Shown here in pieces: positions 18,030 through 29,800 of a stretch of DNA of 64,000 bases; positions within the stretch are counted from its first letter, which is position 1; every line of letters begins with the position of its first letter. This stretch comes from a virus, in IMG/VR virus record IMGVR_UViG_3300024253_000006; one strand, given 5' to 3'. A program made the position numbers and the translations under genes. The notes beneath the pieces were generated by a model. That model saw nothing but the letters and a program-made list of their open reading frames with translations, searched no databases and was not told the DNA's origin.

Positions 18030-19626
18030 CAATCCGAAACATGCCATTTCTCCTGAGTTTTCCCGTCTGTTGGATCTGTTGAAGACGGGCGGCTGGAGCG
18101 GTGCCGACAAAATCCTAATCAGTACATCCGTGATGAACTTCGATGAAGGAGATATATTCAAACTCGATTGGTGGCAAGAGTGGTATCTAAAGAGCAATTA
18201 TCGATTTTTGGCAGCGAATAAGTCACGTCGCATTGGTTGGTCATTTGCAACCGCGCTTAGTGGTGTCCTGAATGCGTTGGATCCCGCCGTTTATAACTAC
18301 ACAAAGCAGTTTGTGTCGTATTCCATGGAGGATGCAAAGGAGAAAATCGCCATAGCACGCGCGTTCTACCTGTCAATGCCAGAAGGGATGGGGCAGAAAA
18401 GACTTATCTCGGATTCTAAAACATCACTTGAATGGGAAGATAAAAATAGGCGCACGCGTTCCAGGCTTGTCTCGTGGCCCTGCAAAGAGCCACGCGGGAA
18501 GGGTGGCGACATATCACTCGACGAGTTTGCGTTCCATGCCAAGGACTACAATATTTACACGGCAGCACTGCCGGTTATCTCCCGAGGAGGAAACCTCGAA
18601 ATAGGATCAACTTCGTTCGGCAATAAGGGCAAGTTCTATGAAATCATTACCAACACATTACAATTCCCGCAATTCAAACGAATTGAAGTCTATTGGTACA
18701 TGTCGCCGGCGCTATGCCGTGACGTACCTGGAGCGATAAAAGCCGCGCCGGCGCTTACCACCGAGCAATTGGTGCAAAAATACGGCACCGAAATCCTGCA
18801 GGAAATTTTCTCCAATATGTCGCTAGAGGACTTCCAACAGGAATATGAATGCAGATTCCGTGATGAGCTCGCCGCATTTATTACCTTGGAGATGATTCAG
18901 AAATGCACGCCATTACCAAGTGATGATGGCAATCCTGAAACCACAGACGAAATCGAGGCGTTTAAGACCATCGATGATTTGATTCTTGGATATAATCCCG
19001 AGAAGCACGGGTATTTATATGCCGGCTACGACGTGGGCCGCACTAATGACGCAAGTGAACTGACTGTGATCGGCTATCGGCCAAGCCTAGAACTCAGCCA
19101 GGTAATCGCAACAATATCTTTCAAGAAAGTATCCTTTCAGGAACAGCGCGATAATCTCAAACACTTTATGAAGGAGCTGCCAGTCTACCGCCTTGCGATT
19201 GATGCGACGGGGCTGGGCATGAATCTCGCTGAAGATATGGTGATTGCGTTTCCTCGCAAGGTAGAGGGCGTTACCTTTACGAACCCTGTCAAGGAAGCCT
19301 TGGCGAATGATACATGGCTTGTGTTCGACAAGTCCAAGATCGCGCTTCCGCCTGACCGTGATTTACAGCAACAGATACATGCGATCAAAAAAACAGTGAC
19401 GGCTGCTAAAAACGCACGATTTGATTGTGATAGCAATTCTAAAAACCATTCGGACAAGTTCTGGGCGCTTGCATTGGCCGTCCACGCCGTTGGAGTACAT
19501 ATCAACACATCCGGAGGATTTTATCAGCAGTACGCGAAAGGCAGAAACAAGGCTACAGACACACGTAGGCCGAAGACGACCGCCGCAGTGCTTACCGCCA
19601 TGAGAAGGAGGACGAGAGGATTATGA
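17986..19626 (+). CDS. terL: Terminase large subunit
   Basis: NKSRRIGWS, ISLDEFA, STSFG, FQQEYEC, AGYDVGRTND, HSDKFWALALA. Confidence 0.95.
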   Translation: MKRKPGRRGMGGRSSNPKHAISPEFSRLLDLLKTGGWSGADKILISTSVMNFDEGDIFKLDWWQEWYLKSNYRFLAANKSRRIGWSFATALSGVLNALDPAVYNYTKQFVSYSMEDAKEKIAIARAFYLSMPEGMGQKRLISDSKTSLEWEDKNRRTRSRLVSWPCKEPRGKGGDISLDEFAFHAKDYNIYTAALPVISRGGNLEIGSTSFGNKGKFYEIITNTLQFPQFKRIEVYWYMSPALCRDVPGAIKAAPALTTEQLVQKYGTEILQEIFSNMSLEDFQQEYECRFRDELAAFITLEMIQKCTPLPSDDGNPETTDEIEAFKTIDDLILGYNPEKHGYLYAGYDVGRTNDASELTVIGYRPSLELSQVIATISFKKVSFQEQRDNLKHFMKELPVYRLAIDATGLGMNLAEDMVIAFPRKVEGVTFTNPVKEALANDTWLVFDKSKIALPPDRDLQQQIHAIKKTVTAAKNARFDCDSNSKNHSDKFWALALAVHAVGVHINTSGGFYQQYAKGRNKATDTRRPKTTAAVLTAMRRRTRGL

Positions 19627-21107
19627 CATACGACATTCCTAGGATGCTACAGCGCGCGAGAGTATTAAAGCCCACCAAAGGTGGTGCTGGTCCATTGAAA
19701 TCAACATTCATCAATCCGATGAATCGGTATATCTATCACAGCTCCCGGGGGGTTGTAGAAACCAACAAAGGTATTACGTATAAGATTTTGAGAACTGTCG
19801 CCGAACGCGCGTGGATCATCAACGCGATCATAGATCACTACATCCGCAACGTGAGGCCGTTTCTCAAGCCCTCCACGGATAGAAATATCCGCGGATTCAA
19901 TGTCACTTTGAAGGACATGGAACACTCCATGACCAATGAGGAAAAGAAGCTGGCCAAGATATACGAGCAGTTCTTTCTCAGGACCGGCTTTGGCGACGAT
20001 CCGGAACGAGAGGATGACCTAGGGCAATACTGCAGCAAGGTGATTCGCGATGCGCTTACCCTTGACCAAGTGGCAGCCGAGCTACAACGAACCGTCGCAA
20101 AAAAGATTTATGCATTCTGGGCGGTCGATGGCGCCACGATATTGCGCGCGGCTGAAGATGGTTACGACGGGAATGATCAGATTCGATTTGTCCAGGAAAT
20201 TGATACCATTACTACCGCTTACTATACGAGAGACGACCTGATTTTTGAGTTCATGAATCCACGGACCGATATCGATCACGCAGGGTATGGGTACTCGATG
20301 GTAGAACAGGCCGTGGACCTGGTAACTGGGCTTATCAACTCCTACATGTATAATATGGGTTTCTTCACAGAAGACAAGCTTCCGAGGGGCATGCTGCTCC
20401 TGCAGGGCGATGCCGATACGGAAGAGGTGGAGATGATAGAAGACTACCTTGTGGATATCATGTCCGGCGGACCGGTAGCGAAGTGGCATATTCCTATCGT
20501 TCCCGCCGGCAGGGGTTCGAGCAACGGAGAAGGGAACGAAAGCAGAAGATTCGAATGGGTATCTCTCCAGGGCTCGAATAAAGATATGGAATTTTCTCAG
20601 TGGACAGAATTTCTTTGGTCCAGCATCACGGCGATTTTTGGTGTAGACCTCGAAGAAATGGGAATCCGTACATCAAAGTCGGCGTCCGTCATTGGGCAGA
20701 ATACGGCGCCGCGGCTCGAAGTGTCCAAGTCGCGCGGCTTAGGTTTCATGCTTGGGTTTTTGCAGGGACATTTGCAGAGGATTCTTGACAAGGTAGACCC
20801 GCGCTATCAGTTTGAGTTTGTCGGATATGAAAAAGACGATCTGGTTCAGAAAGGGCAGATTCGGGAGTCACAACTTCGAACATCAAAAACCATCGACGAT
20901 CTCAGAAAAGAGGATGGAGACAAACCGTTCAATCAGCCATGGTCCACCATCCCCCTCAATCCCTATGTCGTGCAGCTGCTCCAGGGCTCTCAATTCTCGC
21001 ATGCCGGAGTGGAAGGGCAGCAGGAAATAACGAGCCCCTACGAGAACGAAGAAGAGGAAGAGATGAGTAAATCCATCAAGGATGATATAATTAAGATCAC
21101 CGTATGA
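19623..21107 (+). CDS. Portal protein
   Basis: DALTLDQ, WAVDGATI, GYGYSMVEQ, LPRGML, KDMEFSQW; follows TerL. Confidence 0.9.
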   Translation: MTYDIPRMLQRARVLKPTKGGAGPLKSTFINPMNRYIYHSSRGVVETNKGITYKILRTVAERAWIINAIIDHYIRNVRPFLKPSTDRNIRGFNVTLKDMEHSMTNEEKKLAKIYEQFFLRTGFGDDPEREDDLGQYCSKVIRDALTLDQVAAELQRTVAKKIYAFWAVDGATILRAAEDGYDGNDQIRFVQEIDTITTAYYTRDDLIFEFMNPRTDIDHAGYGYSMVEQAVDLVTGLINSYMYNMGFFTEDKLPRGMLLLQGDADTEEVEMIEDYLVDIMSGGPVAKWHIPIVPAGRGSSNGEGNESRRFEWVSLQGSNKDMEFSQWTEFLWSSITAIFGVDLEEMGIRTSKSASVIGQNTAPRLEVSKSRGLGFMLGFLQGHLQRILDKVDPRYQFEFVGYEKDDLVQKGQIRESQLRTSKTIDDLRKEDGDKPFNQPWSTIPLNPYVVQLLQGSQFSHAGVEGQQEITSPYENEEEEEMSKSIKDDIIKITV

Positions 21108-21123
21108 GATAGCAGGCGCTACC

Positions 21124-23454
21124 ATGAAAGATATACAACTGACGGTTACGAATATTACCGAGGAGAACCGCAAGGAAAAGTACATTGCCGCAAGCCAGGC
21201 ACTGGCGAAGGCGATGAAACTCCCCATCACGTTGCACCGACGCATCGACGAGACGCATGCAGAAGGCTTCCCGTACCAGGCTTATATGGAATTGGTGCGA
21301 AAATGGAATCTCTTCTATGCGGCGCTCCTTGACAGTATCTACATGACGACCTGTGCAGCGTTTGATCTCCCGGTGATCTCGACATTCTCAAAAGCAGTTG
21401 ATGATGTTGAACCGCTTATTTACAAAGGCCAGATTCTCTACTCTCCCGAGACAGGGAAACCGATATCACGCCGTCAGTGGCGACAATTCGTGCTGGCCAT
21501 AGAGCGATTTCTGAATTGGGAATTACCCAAGGCGGAAAAGGGGATTGTGCTCGAATCATCAGCATTGGGGCGAATTCTTGAGCGCATGCTGAAGTACAAC
21601 ACATGGGAAGCAATCGAAAAGATGCGTCTCGATGAAATCAAATACAAGCGACACAGCTTCGATTGGCTTTCCGATAAATGGAATATGGAGCGCACTTTTG
21701 GTATGGATAATTTCCAGGCGGCGCGCCTCCAGGTGGCAAACGATACCGCGGCTCAATATATCCGATCGATGGCGGAAAAGAGCAAATCTGCCGTGAGTCA
21801 GGCGCTTCTCAATGGTATCAAAGAAAGGAAGCCGAAAACAAAAATCGCCCAAGAATTGTTTGATACAATGGGCAGCCTAAACCGCGATTGGGAGCGGATC
21901 GTCGAAACCGAAATGGGCGACAATATCAACACCGCATTCCTTCTTGCCCAGAAATCTGAAGCTGACCCTGGGGAGAAAGTCTATTTTCAGCGATACGAGA
22001 TAAAGGATACTGCAATATGCAAACATTGTGATAAAATACGAGGTCTCATAGCTCTTTGGTCCGACGTGGCGCTCGACGACGAAAAGATAAACGATCCGTA
22101 TGCCAAGGTGGCGATATGGGAGGGGAAAACAAGAGTTGGAAGGAAAGCATCCGATGATTGGGTGGCCGCGGGGACGCAACACCCTTGGTGTTACTCAGAC
22201 GACACCGAAGTATTGACTAATGCAGGGTGGATGCTTATTAAAGACCTCTCTGGCGGAGAAAAGATTATGTCGATCAATCCTGATACTCGAGAGGTAGGGT
22301 ATGCAAGGTATATCAATAAGATTGCATATCACTATAAAGGGGATATGATACATTTTAACGGTTTGAATTATGATATGTTGGTTACTCCTAATCATAATAT
22401 GCTATTTTCGACTCCTAAGCTTTGGAAACAGAAACTATTGAAAGCTGAAAGTGCACAAGAAGTTATAAAGCGCTGTACTTACTATCTTCCTATGGCAATT
22501 GGTGAATGGAAAGGCGCGGAGCCGCCAAAGACGATTGAAATTGCAGGGGTGAAGGTATCCTATAGGGACTATGTACGGCTGTGGGCGTGGTTTCTCTCGG
22601 AGGGTAGCACAAGACGGCATCAGGTTGCCCTAGCACAAAAAATTCCTGACAAAATCGTGAACGACCTGCCCTCCATGCAATCGTTTCTTCGCAAAGCTAA
22701 GAGCGCTGTTTATCTATATGGGGAAGCTTCAGATCATTTCAGTGCATATATTGGCGTTCATGCCGAACAGAAGTATATCCCTACTTTTATCAAAAGTCTT
22801 TCGCCTGAATATATTCGAGAGTTCTTGGATGCCTTCAGTCTAGGAGATGGTTCCAGAGATGGCCAACATCATGCAAAATCATACCCGGGAGATTCCCATC
22901 AAGTGATAGTAAGGACCTCTTCGCCGCGCATGATGGCAGACCTTTGCGAACTGGTCGTCAAAGCAGGATGGATGCCGTCTGTATGGGAAGATAAGCAAAA
23001 GAGAATGGTCACGTCATTCAGCAATGGAGACTACATATTGAAGACCAATTGTTTCAACATCAATATCAAAAAATCTAAATTTAGGCATTATTTTGGCAGG
23101 CCGAGACCATCTAAAAATGGGGGGGCGTCCCACGCGCCACAAACAATGCCCTATGATGGCATGGTCTATGATGTCGAGCTCGAAAAGTGGCACTTTTTGC
23201 TCGTAAAGAGGAATGGCAAGGTGGGATGGTCTGGGAATTGTCGTGGATCGTGGTCTAGGTGGTACCCACCGACAGAAAAAACTACCAGCATGTATGATGC
23301 CGCGATGGCGAAGCTTGAGGGGCGGCAGAGGGCCTGGGGCGAAGCAGTTGCGCAGGCGCGGCAGGAATATTTCAAGAAGGGCATTAAAAACCCCGACGAC
23401 ACGACACCGGGGTATCTTGAGAGAATCAACGAAATTTATCATGCGGCAACATGA
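21124..23454 (+). CDS. MuF-like minor head protein containing an intein
   Basis: WERIVETE, CKHC, and QHPW-[intein]-CRGSW reconstituting an HPxCR motif. Confidence 0.85.
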   Translation: MKDIQLTVTNITEENRKEKYIAASQALAKAMKLPITLHRRIDETHAEGFPYQAYMELVRKWNLFYAALLDSIYMTTCAAFDLPVISTFSKAVDDVEPLIYKGQILYSPETGKPISRRQWRQFVLAIERFLNWELPKAEKGIVLESSALGRILERMLKYNTWEAIEKMRLDEIKYKRHSFDWLSDKWNMERTFGMDNFQAARLQVANDTAAQYIRSMAEKSKSAVSQALLNGIKERKPKTKIAQELFDTMGSLNRDWERIVETEMGDNINTAFLLAQKSEADPGEKVYFQRYEIKDTAICKHCDKIRGLIALWSDVALDDEKINDPYAKVAIWEGKTRVGRKASDDWVAAGTQHPWCYSDDTEVLTNAGWMLIKDLSGGEKIMSINPDTREVGYARYINKIAYHYKGDMIHFNGLNYDMLVTPNHNMLFSTPKLWKQKLLKAESAQEVIKRCTYYLPMAIGEWKGAEPPKTIEIAGVKVSYRDYVRLWAWFLSEGSTRRHQVALAQKIPDKIVNDLPSMQSFLRKAKSAVYLYGEASDHFSAYIGVHAEQKYIPTFIKSLSPEYIREFLDAFSLGDGSRDGQHHAKSYPGDSHQVIVRTSSPRMMADLCELVVKAGWMPSVWEDKQKRMVTSFSNGDYILKTNCFNINIKKSKFRHYFGRPRPSKNGGASHAPQTMPYDGMVYDVELEKWHFLLVKRNGKVGWSGNCRGSWSRWYPPTEKTTSMYDAAMAKLEGRQRAWGEAVAQARQEYFKKGIKNPDDTTPGYLERINEIYHAAT
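22189..23238 (+). mobile_element. Intein (350 aa) with LAGLIDADG homing endonuclease
   Basis: N-terminal CYSDDTEVLT, VTPNHNM, LWAWFLSEGS, FLDAFSLGDGS, VYDVE...WSGN followed by +1 Cys. Confidence 0.92.
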
Positions 23455-23469
23455 AGGGCGATAAAAGCA

Positions 23470-23853
23470 ATGTACTATGACGATTTTTTTGTTGACTGCC
23501 TTGTGAAAGAAACCCCAGAAAGTATAAATGAGCAATATACCCAACAGGCGATAAACGAAATATGCCCGTTGCTTATTGAAAATCCAAGTATCTATAAGAC
23601 TTTTGGAGTCTATTGGTGGGCAGTGAAAGACGCCCTACAGAAATACGTGAACACTCCGGGCGCGTGGTTCATGGGGCACGCCAACGATCCTGTCATGCAA
23701 GAGCGCGCGTGGCACGGAAGCGAGTGCAGGACGATACTTGCAGCCATGTACTTTCATAAAAGGCACTCCGCTTGTTCATCTCGACACAGGTGGACGGACG
23801 TTTACGGAGTAGAACACAGCTATACGCTTTTCGATCCTGATGCAGGATGTTAA
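23470..23853 (+). CDS. Hypothetical protein
   Basis: 127 aa in operon orientation. Confidence 0.6.
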   Translation: MYYDDFFVDCLVKETPESINEQYTQQAINEICPLLIENPSIYKTFGVYWWAVKDALQKYVNTPGAWFMGHANDPVMQERAWHGSECRTILAAMYFHKRHSACSSRHRWTDVYGVEHSYTLFDPDAGC

Positions 23854-23865
23854 CGGAGGCATTCT

Positions 23866-26800
23866 ATGGGGAAACCGATACCGGGCATAAAGATCAATTC
23901 GACACTCTTAGAATCGGCCACTTTTGATATAGAAGATTGTAACATAAAGGAGTTAATAATCCCTATTGAAAAAGCCCTTGATACTTCAAAATTGGTGAAA
24001 AAACTTGTTAGCGTTACCCATAATGGCAAAACATATCAAGCGATGAGGTGGATGCGACCGAGTGAAGCGGCTTCACGAACATCACGGGAGCCCAGAGATA
24101 GTGAGGGATATTTCCTTGCGCCAAACGGTGAACCTTCATATTTGAATGAAAAGCAGTGGCACCAGGTACGAACACCTGAGTTTAAAAAGTGGTTTGGGGA
24201 TTGGGAGATTGCAGATCTCAAAGACAATATGCGCCGTATACGCGGGTCTGAGCAGGTTAAGGCCCTAAAGAAAGAACTTGTGGGTAGACCGCTAAAAAAC
24301 AGAGATACCGGAATTATGGCAACAATATCAGGAGAATCGTTCAGGAAGATGATGAGCTATGAGAATGTCAAACGATCTGTTTCCCCCCAGGCCCATTATC
24401 AGGCATTAGGGAACCTCGATAAGCTATTCCCGTTAGCCGTACTCAGCGAATCAAGGAGCGGAAAAAAAGAAAATGATGCGATGAGCATAAACTCTATCCA
24501 TCATTTTGAAATTCCGATGCCATTTGATGATGATGTTTATATGGTTAAAATAATGGCAAAAGAGTTTTTAAGAAAAGAACAAGGGACAAGACTTTATTTG
24601 GTTGAAGCGGTAGAAATAAAAGAGCCAGCGTCTTTAACGGGGCTTCCGGTAAACCGGTCAGCACACCGACCCGCTGGCTATAAAAATAAAATAGCACACA
24701 TGATTTCTGCTGTCAATCCCAATTCCGTCTCAAAAATCGTCGATGAGAACGGGGAGCCATTGGTCGTGTACAAGGGAATGATGAAAAACGACTGGAGAAC
24801 CGGGAAAGAGATAGAGTCGATAGATTCTCCAAATGGCCAGTGGGCCGGGTTTTTCACAGACAGGAAAGATGTTGCTGAAAAGTTTCAGCGGGTATTCTCT
24901 ACCATGGGCGAGGCTGTTCTTCATTCTGTGTATCTCTCTATCCAGAATCCTTATGTCTACGATGCCAATGGCGCACTCGCGCGTGATGTGATGTTTGATG
25001 ATAAGGTGTTCGGCAAAAATCCAACGAACTCCGACGCTCTTGCGGCGTTCAATAAGGAATACGATGGAGTAATAATCAAAAACACAGAAGACGAAGGAAC
25101 GATATATGTTCCCAAGAATCCTAACCAAATAAAATCTATCAATGCAAACGAGTTTGATCCAAGCAGCCCGAATTTCAATAAATCTCTTGAGGGGAGGGTG
25201 TGGATGAAAGAAAATTTTGCGGTTCCAATTGAAAAGTCGCTCACCTTCTCTGGTTGGAAGCTTCAAGGACGCCGTAAGGTGCAGGGTATGAACATTTCAA
25301 TTGAGAACAAGAAGGGTTCGGTTCGGCATGACGTTGATAAGGACGGTCATAAATGGGCTTCCAAGATGCATGCCGATTATGGCTATATTCGTGAAACCGT
25401 AGGAAAAGACAAAGACCATTTAGATGTATATTGTGGCCCCAACCCCGAAAGCACAAAAGTATTCATCATCCATCAGAATGATCCGACGACAGGGCGCTAT
25501 GATGAAGACAAGATAATGCTCGGATTTGACTCCGCAGAGGAAGCCAAGGCCCTTTACATGAAGCAGTACGACCGTCCCGGATTTTTCGGGAGCATGGATG
25601 AAACGGACATTGAGACATTCAAGAAAAGAGCATTCGCGGATAGTGCAAAGGGTAAGAAGCTTGTCATTAAGTCTCACATGAATGAATTGATGCGCCACGT
25701 CAAGGATGTAGTGAACTCGACACTTGGATCGTATACCGATCTCGGGCTTTCTTCTTCTGAACGTCACGTATTTGATGGGGTAGTACAGCAGGAATTAGCT
25801 GAGGATCTTGAACAGGCCGATGGTAAAAAGGTGCGCAACGGGACAAGAGAAGAACTGAGTCCGCGGCGCCTTGGGGTGAAATTTTACACTGAAGAGGGCT
25901 TGCATGCCGGGAAGCCGAAAGCGAAAGAGGCTATTGGAGGACTTAGGGAGCCTTCGCGTCAACTAGAAGATGAAATTGAAAGAAAATACCCCAAGGAGCT
26001 AGGGATAGGAATACAAGTTGAAAAAGAGCATACCGATGATCCAGAAACTGCAAAAATCATTGCTATGGCACATATAAAAGAAACACCCGATTATTACACT
26101 AAACTGATCGCAGCAGGCTTGGTTGATGAGCCGGAGGCAATTAAAATGGCAAAAAAGATAGGTATTGTAAAAGCACTTCCGAAAGCAGGAGATGTCGAGA
26201 ATTCGCACCAGTCGGCTCCAAAGGGCTATCCCAAGGAGAAAAAAGAGTATGCGGATCCCAACAATTATAAGTACCCCCTTGATACCGCTGAGCACGTCCG
26301 GGCTGCAATTTCCTACTTCTCAAAGCCAACAAATTTCTCCGTGTACTCGCCCAGTGAGCGGCGCGCCATGTGGACTCGGATCGTCCGTGCAGCCCAAAGG
26401 CATGGAATTGAGGTTGGCGAGAAGGACAAGTTCCACAAGTCGTTCTTTGCAATCTCGTTTTTGGCTAAGGCGCGCGATTTTTCTCACTTGGTCAAACGTC
26501 CCGTGTACGTGCACCGACAAGACGGGACTGTCATCACGCAGATGCGTTACGTGCGATCGGGAGACGACAAGGCAGCCCCTCAGCAGCCGAAGGCGGGCGA
26601 GAACACCTCGGATCCGCATCATCGCGCGGAGCAGGTGGCCCGCCTGCTCAATCCCGACTATCAAAAGAGGATTGACAAGAAGAACCTCGTGCAGCCTTCT
26701 AGGGACATGAACGAGCTTTATCGCTTAGCCGAGGACGCGAGGGCCGGATTCAGGGATTACGTCAATGCAGCCGCGAAGAAACTTGGAGCGATAGAAGTAC

Positions 26801-29800
26801 AATCAAGAAAGGACCTGAAGGACCGAGACCGCGTTGAGGAGAAAATGCGCAATGACCGAGCCATGGACGCTTCGCAGATATACGACTTCGACGGCCATAC
26901 CTTAATATTCGACGGGCTTGATTCGCTAGCGGCTGCCGTAGAGTTCTTCATGGCCGATCCACGAGTAATGAGGCTGAAGAACAACTTCGCTATGCCTTCG
27001 TCGGTCGGCTATCGGGACATTAACATGAATGTGAAATTGCCGAACGGGATGATATCCGAAGTCCAGCTCACCACGAGGGCGATGGCTGAGGCCAAGAGCG
27101 AGGGGCACGTGTTCTATGAGGTGTGGCGGGAACTGCAGGACAAGCCTGAGAACGACAAGATCACTCGATTAATCGAACGTGCACAGATAGCCTTGTATCA
27201 GGAAGCGTGGGCGGCAAGCAAGTCGCCGGAGGCATTCGCTAGCCGCAGAGCTTCGTCCTTTGAGATCGCACGGCCTTTTACCATTAAATCGGCAAGAGTT
27301 ATTGGGGATTCTCTCAGCGAGCTGTCAGAGAAGACGCGGAAGCACTTTCGGGAAGCCTTATCGCGGGCGAATGGAACGTCATCGCGCTCAAAAAAATCTA
27401 TTTCTTTGGAATCGATGTTGGGCATTTCCAAACCCTCCATTTATAAGTATACCGCTGTTACTGGTGATATGCAAGGGGCATCACAAAAAAAGATCTTTGG
27501 TGCGCCGCGCGAGGAGAACAAATCCGAAAAGAGTATCCACTATGTATTACCCTTTGTTATAAGGGATCGCGGCCTCCAAAAAGCAAAGAAGTCCTCCAGG
27601 CTTGTGCCGGTCAAAAAAACTGTCGTGCGAAATGGGCACACGTATTCAGCTACCTATTGGATCCTTCCCGAGCAGGTTTCCGAGTTTCAGCATACGAATC
27701 TCTTCGAGGAGCGCAAGCCAATAAGCGCCCAGCTCGACTTGTTCGACCAGCCGTTAGAAAGTGAGAAAAAGGACAATCCAAATGCAACCCAGGGGCCTAA
27801 ATTGAATAAAGACCATATATGGATCAATGCAGACGAAAAGAAACTTGTAATTAAAACACCGCTAAAAACCGATTCTAATGATGATCTTGACCCGAGCTCT
27901 CCTAACTATAAATATCGGGATACGGGATATATCGCGGGAAGCAGAAAAGAACTTGCGGCCGAGAGGATAAAAATGTCTTCGAGGGAAGGAAAACTGGTAC
28001 GTTTTACCGATATAGACTGGGGGAACCTTGAAGAGAATCCGAGAAAGGCGCATGAAATTATTACGAAATCAAACTTATTCGGGCAAGTGAATTGGGATGA
28101 ACTGAAAGCCGAAGGCATGGAGCCTGGGGCGGGATATCTTATTGATCGAGTATATGCCTCTATCGGTAAAGAGCCTGAAAATTCGCCCGAATCAAGAAAG
28201 GACTATTCTAACGGTATTGAATCAATCAGGAATAGGCTGGAAACCTGTAAAACGGTTGATGACGTAATAAAAGCCGTAGATGATATTGACGGAGAAATGC
28301 GCGGGGAAATGCTGAACGCTACTGAATCCAAGGAATATCAGGAATTAAGCGAGAAGACGCATGCCCGATGGCTTGCAATCCGGGAAAAAAAGGATAAGGC
28401 CGACGCGATGGCAAATGAAGTTCAGAAGATAGAGAGACAAAAATATCCCCTTCAATCGGAAATTTCTAAAAGGAAGAATCATGGCTGGAAGGTTGACCCC
28501 GCAATGGTTCAAAGGGTGGTGGAAATAGAGCAAGAGGCGCAGGAAAAACGGGATGAATATATAAAATTTAGAGATAAATATCCTGCATATTTTAAGACTG
28601 TAACCAGAGACCGTGGAAATGGAAGAACCGGATATACTACCGATGAAGAAGAAGCACTCCATATCATGAATGATAAATTGCAGGAGATAAAAAAAACAGC
28701 AACGGCGAGAAATTTACTTACCAACCCCATTACTCGCGCATGGCTTTCGCTGGGGCCACGGTTCCAGAGTGCAATCAACTATAAACATTACAATGGCTCA
28801 GATTCTTTCGGAAATCATATTGCCACTGCACGATCTGGGAGAATAAAGGATTGGTCATGGGCAGAAAGGGAGCACATATTGGTAAAAAAAGCAACCAAAC
28901 AGTCCGTAAATTTTCAGCTTAGGGTTGCGGATAAGTTTGAACGTAAGGGCGGAAGGAATCTAGGGGTTGATTCGACCGAGACACTCAAACAGGCGTTTGG
29001 CTTGCGCGATGTCCAGTCGGGGAACTGGGTTCTCGAGGACGTAAACTCGGCGAAATTCCACACCGAAAGCGCTGCTGCTGCTTTTGCTGATCTTGCTGAT
29101 ATCCTTGGGATTGCCGACACTAAAATATCTCTTAATGGGAGGCTTGCATTGGCATTTGGTGCCCGTGGAAATGGCGCAAAAGGATGGGCGGGTGGTGCTC
29201 CACGAGCCCATTATGAGCCTATAGAGCGGATTATCAATATTACGAAAATGGGTGGAGGCGGGTGTCTTGCTCATGAATGGTGGCATTCTTTCGACAATAT
29301 GATAGCGGAGGCAGCGGGGATTGATACATCGAAAGAAAAGACATTCTTCTCAACCGAAAACCCCGAAAGATTGAAAAACCAGCCAGAATTACAAAAGGCG
29401 GTTCAGGTGTTATCTTCTGCTATTACACAGGGGGCGCATAGAGCGACAACTACTTTTGCCTATACTGATATGGATTATAAGATAGCGCAATATAATATCG
29501 AAGGGAAATCATTATACAATTCTTCATCGACTGCCGCAAAAATAAAAAATGCGGGGTCTGCGCAGAATGCTATCGATATCGTAATGAAAATGTATAGCAG
29601 TGATCCTTCACGCAGAGAAAAGAAAAATCGTGATACTTGGATAAGAATTGCGGCTGCGTGGTATGGCGGCAATGCGAATGGAGGAGAGGTTGAAGTGGAG
29701 CATGGTCCTTCTATGTCATCGTTCATGCTTGAGGCAAAGGACATCGATGGAGAACGGAAAAACGCATATTGGTCAACAACCCACGAAATGGCGGCGCGGG

